Assembly: GCA_964016885.1 (NCBI GenBank)
Contig: OZ024743.1
Coordinates: 66,278,001-66,342,000 of the forward strand
DNA from: Eledone cirrhosa
Taxonomy: Eukaryota
Length of the DNA: 64,000 nucleotides
Reading direction: 5' to 3'
The notes below the pieces were generated by a model. The model saw only the letters and a list, made by a program, of their open reading frames with translations. It had not been told where the DNA came from and did not search any database. A program made the position numbers and the translations under genes. Shown here in pieces: positions 59,843 to 64,000 of this stretch; the first letter of the stretch is position 1; each line of letters opens with the position of its first letter.

Positions 59843-60135
59843 ATTATACTGGACTAGTATTTTTTTTTATCGACCATGAAAGGCTGAAATGCAAAATTGA
59901 CTAAATTGGGGACTGAACTACAAAGCATTCAATTCAAGATTCTAATACGTATGGTGGTTCTGCAGGTTACGTGATTTCCTATATAATCCATTATATTTCG
60001 CCCACAAAGTATTGCCTAATATGCAGCCGGAAAGACGTGCTTATGATGAGAGATTCATTACCAGAGAGTCGTGTCTGTATATGACTTCTGAATACATATT
60101 ATATAGCTGAAGTTAACTTAAATTAGATATCATTA

Positions 60136-60458
60136 ATCCCGCCGAGGTTAACTTTGCCTTTCATCCTTACGGGGTCGATAAAATAAAGTACTAGTAATGC
60201 ACTGGGTAATTGCTGGCCTTGTGCTAAAAGTAGAAACAATTATAGGTGGATTTGTAGTATCGGTAGACGGTCGAACGCCATGCTTTACAGCATAGAGTTA
60301 CGGCCCTTTATGATCTGAGTTCAAATCCCGCCAAGGTTAACTTTGCCTTTCATCCTTACGGGGTCGATAAAAATAAAGTACCAGTCACGCACAGGGGCTG
60401 ATTTAATCGATTTTCCCTCCCCCAAAATTGATGGCCTTGTGCCAATATAAGAACCCAT
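60136..60458 (+). mobile_element. two SINE family 1 copies
   Basis: 60136-60242 (truncated) and 60244-60458. Confidence 0.85.
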
Positions 60459-60493
60459 TATATATATGATGAGAGATTCGTAACCAGAAAACT

Positions 60494-60777
60494 CATCATC
60501 ATCATATCTTGGCGCGCCAGTGCCGTATCCATTGAAGTGCAGCGACGTTTCCTTCCATCAGGTCTTGGTCGGAGCGTGTGGGTCCCAGTGAGCACCCATG
60601 GAGGATGTGGGCTATGGTCTGGCTTACAGGTTGGAAAAGTGGAGGGTGAGTGACCGCCGCCCACCCAACGCGGCCTTACCAAGCCCAAATGAAAGCCTCC
60701 CCAATGGATCATCTCTTAGCAGAAAGGACTGGGTAACCCTAAACAGGGCCAGAGCAAAAACGGGCAAAACTGGAGAC
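60494..60777 (-). mobile_element. RTE-X-like LINE 3' end with 5' inversion
   Basis: Minus strand 60494-60628 reads QTIAHILHGC...ALQWIRHWRAKI* plus a (TGA)n tail. Plus strand 60628-60777 reads PNESLPNGSSLSRKDWVTLNRARAKTG. Flanked by CAGA(A/G)AACT. Confidence 0.78.
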
Positions 60778-63357
60778 CAGAGAACTGTGTCTATATATGT
60801 CTTCTGAATACATATTATATATATGATGAGAGATTCGTAACCAGAGAACTGTGTGTATATATGTCTTCTGAATACATATTATATATATAATGAGAGATTC
60901 GTAACCAGAGAACTGTGTCTATATATGTCTTCTGAATACATATTATATATATGATGAGAGATTCGTAACCAGAGAACTGTGTGTATATATGTCTTCTGAA
61001 TACATATTATATATATAATGAGAGATTCGTAACCAGAGAACTGTGTGTATATATGTCTTCTGAATACATATTATATATATGATGAGAGATTCGTAACCAG
61101 AGAACTGTGTGTATATATGTCTTCTGAATACATATTATATATATAATGAGAGATTCGTAACCAGAGAACTGTGTCTATATATGTCTTCTGAATACATATT
61201 ATATATATAATGAGAGATTCGTAACCAGAGAACTGTGTGTATATATGTCTTCTGAATACATATTATATATATGATGAGAGATTCTTCTACCAGAGAACTG
61301 TGTGTATATATGTCTGGACTAGGGGCGGTGGATTGGCAGTATCGGTAGAGGGTCGGACGCCATGCTTTGACGCATAGAGTTACGGCCCTTACCATTCTGA
61401 GTTCAAATCCTGCCGAGGTTAACTTTGCCTTTCATCCTTACGGGGTTGATAAAATAAAGTACCAGTAACACACTGGGTATTTGCTGTCCTTGTGCCAAAA
61501 GTAGAAACAATTATATATATAATGAGAGATTCGTAACCAGAGAACTGTGTCTATATATGTCTTCTGAATACATATTATATATATAATGAGAGATTCGTAA
61601 CCAGAGAACTGTGTCTATATATGTCTTCTAAATACATATTATATATATAATGAAAGATTCGTAGCCAGAGAACTTTGTATATATGTCTTCTAAATACATA
61701 TTATATATATAATGAGAGATTCGTAACTAGAGAACTGTGTGTATATATGTCTTCTGAATACATATTATATATATAATGAGAGATTCGTAACTAGAGAACT
61801 GTGTGTATATATGTCTTCTGAATACATATTATATATATTATGAGAGATTCGTAACCAGAGAACTGTGTCTATATATGTCTTCTGAATACATATTATATAT
61901 ATAATGAGAGATTCGTAACCAGAGAACTGTGTCTATATATGTCTTCTAAATACATATTATATATATAATGAAAGATTCGTAGCCAGAGAACTTTGTATAT
62001 ATGTCTTCTAAATACATATTATATATATAATGAGAGATTCGTAACCAGAGAACTGTGTGTATATATGTCTTCTGAATACATATTATATATATAATGAGAG
62101 ATTCGTAACTAGAGAACTGTGTGTATATATGTCTTCTGAATACATATTATATATATAATGAGAGATTCGTAACTAGAGAACTGTGTGTATATATGTCTTC
62201 TGAATACATATTATATATATTATGAGAGATTCGTAACCAGAGAACTGTGTCTATATATGTCTTCTGAATACATATTATATATATAATGAGAGATTCGTAA
62301 CCAGAGAACTGTGTCTATATATGTCTTCTAAATACATATTATATATATAATGAAAGATTCGTAGCCAGAGAACTTTGTATATATGTCTTCTAAATACATA
62401 TTATATATATAATGAGAGATTCGTAACCAGAGAACTGTGTGTATATATGTCTTCTGAATACATATATATATAATGAGAGATTCGTAACCAGAGAACTGTA
62501 TGTATATATGTCTTCTGAATACATATATATATAATGAGAGATTCGTAACCAGAGAACTGTGTCTATATATGTCTTCTGAATACATATTATACATATAATG
62601 AGAGATTCGTAACCAGAGAACTGTGTCTATATATGTCTTCTGAATACATATTATATATATTATGAGAGATTCGTAACCAGAGAACTGTGTCTATATATGT
62701 CTTCTGAATACATATTATATATATAATGAGAGATTCGTAACCAGAGAACTGTGTCTATATATGTCTTCTGAATACATATTATATATATTATGAGAGATTC
62801 GTAACCAGAGAACTGTGTCTATATATGTCTTCTGAATACATATTATATATATTATGAGAGATTCGTAACCAGAGAACTGTGTCTATATATGTCTTCTGAA
62901 TACATATTATATATATAATGAGAGATTCGTAACCAGAGAACTGTGTCTATATATGTCTTCTGAATACATATTATACATATAATGAGAGATTCGTAACCAG
63001 AGAACTGTGTCTATATATGTCTTCTGAATACATATTATATATATAATGAGAGATTCGTAACCAGAGAACTGTGTGTATATGTCTTCTGAATACATATTAT
63101 ATATATAATGAGAGATTCGTAACCAGAGAACTGTGTGTATATATGTCTTCTGAATACATATTATATATATTATGAGAGATTCGTAACCAGAGAACTGTGT
63201 CTATATATGTCTTCTGAATACATATTATATATATAATGAGAGATTCGTAACCAGAGAACTGTGTGTATATATGTCTTCTGAATACATATTATACATATAA
63301 TGAGACATTCGTAACCAGAGAACTGTGTCTATATATGTCTTCTGAATACATATTATT
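60778..63357. repeat. 64-bp minisatellite, about 37 units
   Basis: Unit ATGAGAGATTCGTAACCAGAGAACTGTGTCTATATATGTCTTCTGAATACATATTATATATATA. Outlying units lie at about 60046 and 60460. Confidence 0.97.
61323..61512 (+). mobile_element. SINE family 1 inserted in the minisatellite
   Basis: Full-length copy. Confidence 0.92.
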
Positions 63358-63499
63358 GATAAAGCTCAGGAAAGGCATGAATAGTAGATACCCATATGTC
63401 ATCTCACATATGCTTTAATATAAGGCAAAGGGTGCAATTATGTAAGCTAAACATACAAACGCACATACACCTACACATACACACACACATACAAACGCA

Positions 63500-63541
<42 letters not shown>

Positions 63542-63715
63542 TACACACACGCATACACACATACACAGAAAATCCCACAGAATCATAGTTGTTAATGCTC
63601 ATATGTATATATATGTGTGTTTGTGTGGTGTGTGTATGTGTTTTGGGTGTATGTCTCTGCATATACATATATATATATATATTTAGTTATGTAATAAACA
63701 ACATAAGATAATTAT

Positions 63716-63776
63716 TTCATTTACCAGTGGTTTCTTGAAGGCAGATGTTATGTCTGTCTTCAGTCGTCAGAATGAA
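63716..63776 (-). ncRNA. type I hammerhead ribozyme
   Basis: Reverse complement of 63836-63896. Confidence 0.88.
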
Positions 63777-63835
63777 TAAATAACATGGTATTTTTTTTTA
63801 TTAAATATGGATTTATAAAATCACCATGTTATTTA

Positions 63836-63896
63836 TTTATTCTGACGACTGAAGACAGACATAACATCTGCCTTCAAGAAACCACTGGTAAATGAA
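63836..63896 (+). ncRNA. type I hammerhead ribozyme
   Basis: TTTATT-CTGACGA-CTGAAGACAGA...TCTGCCTTCAA-GAAA-CCACTGG-TA-AATGAA. Confidence 0.88.
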
Positions 63897-64000
63897 ATAA
63901 TTATCCTATGTTGTTTATTACATAACTAATAAGCTCTGTAGCCCACATAGAGCACTCTCTTTTCCTGTACCTTTCGGACGGAAATAGTTCATTTACACAC

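Larger units (their letters stand above)
63683..63996. mobile_element. PLE-derived fold-back (~105-bp arms plus 67-nt tail)
   Basis: 63683-63789 is inverted at 63823-63930. An HHR in each arm, with microsatellite flanks. Confidence 0.9.

Noticed and set aside
60778-63357. CRISPR-like regular array
   Set aside because: No unique spacers, eukaryotic context and no cas genes. It is a minisatellite. I also saw no HHR core in the unit.

Overview
AT-rich, microsatellite-dense animal genomic DNA. The SINE families and repeat landscape suggest an octopod cephalopod, but this is inference only. I can support no host protein-coding gene, and almost all long ORF-track entries are translations of simple repeats. 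The window is a nest of mobile elements. It holds two decayed Penelope-like elements (PLEs) with RT and GIY-YIG domains (10.0-14.1 kb, and a Naiad-like one at 49.0-52.4 kb). It also holds a Chapaev3 DNA transposon, mariner, MITE and Helitron relics, LINE fragments (CR1, RTE, RTE-X, Tx1, R4, CRE) and more than 25 tRNA-derived SINEs. The striking feature is RNA catalysis. By eye I find about 20 type I hammerhead ribozyme (HHR) motifs with intact cores, plus several degenerate ones. Four sit one per unit in a 433-435 bp tandem array (41.5-43.3 kb) flanked by a 15-bp target-site duplication and permuted relative to the cleavage site. This is a candidate non-LTR retrozyme, i.e. a circular-RNA retroelement. 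Most of the rest sit in PLE-derived fold-back insertions in (TA)n. These share an asymmetric arm-plus-3'-tail architecture and a recurring CTC...GAG hairpin at the tail boundary. All structure calls are manual and coordinates may be off by a few bases.
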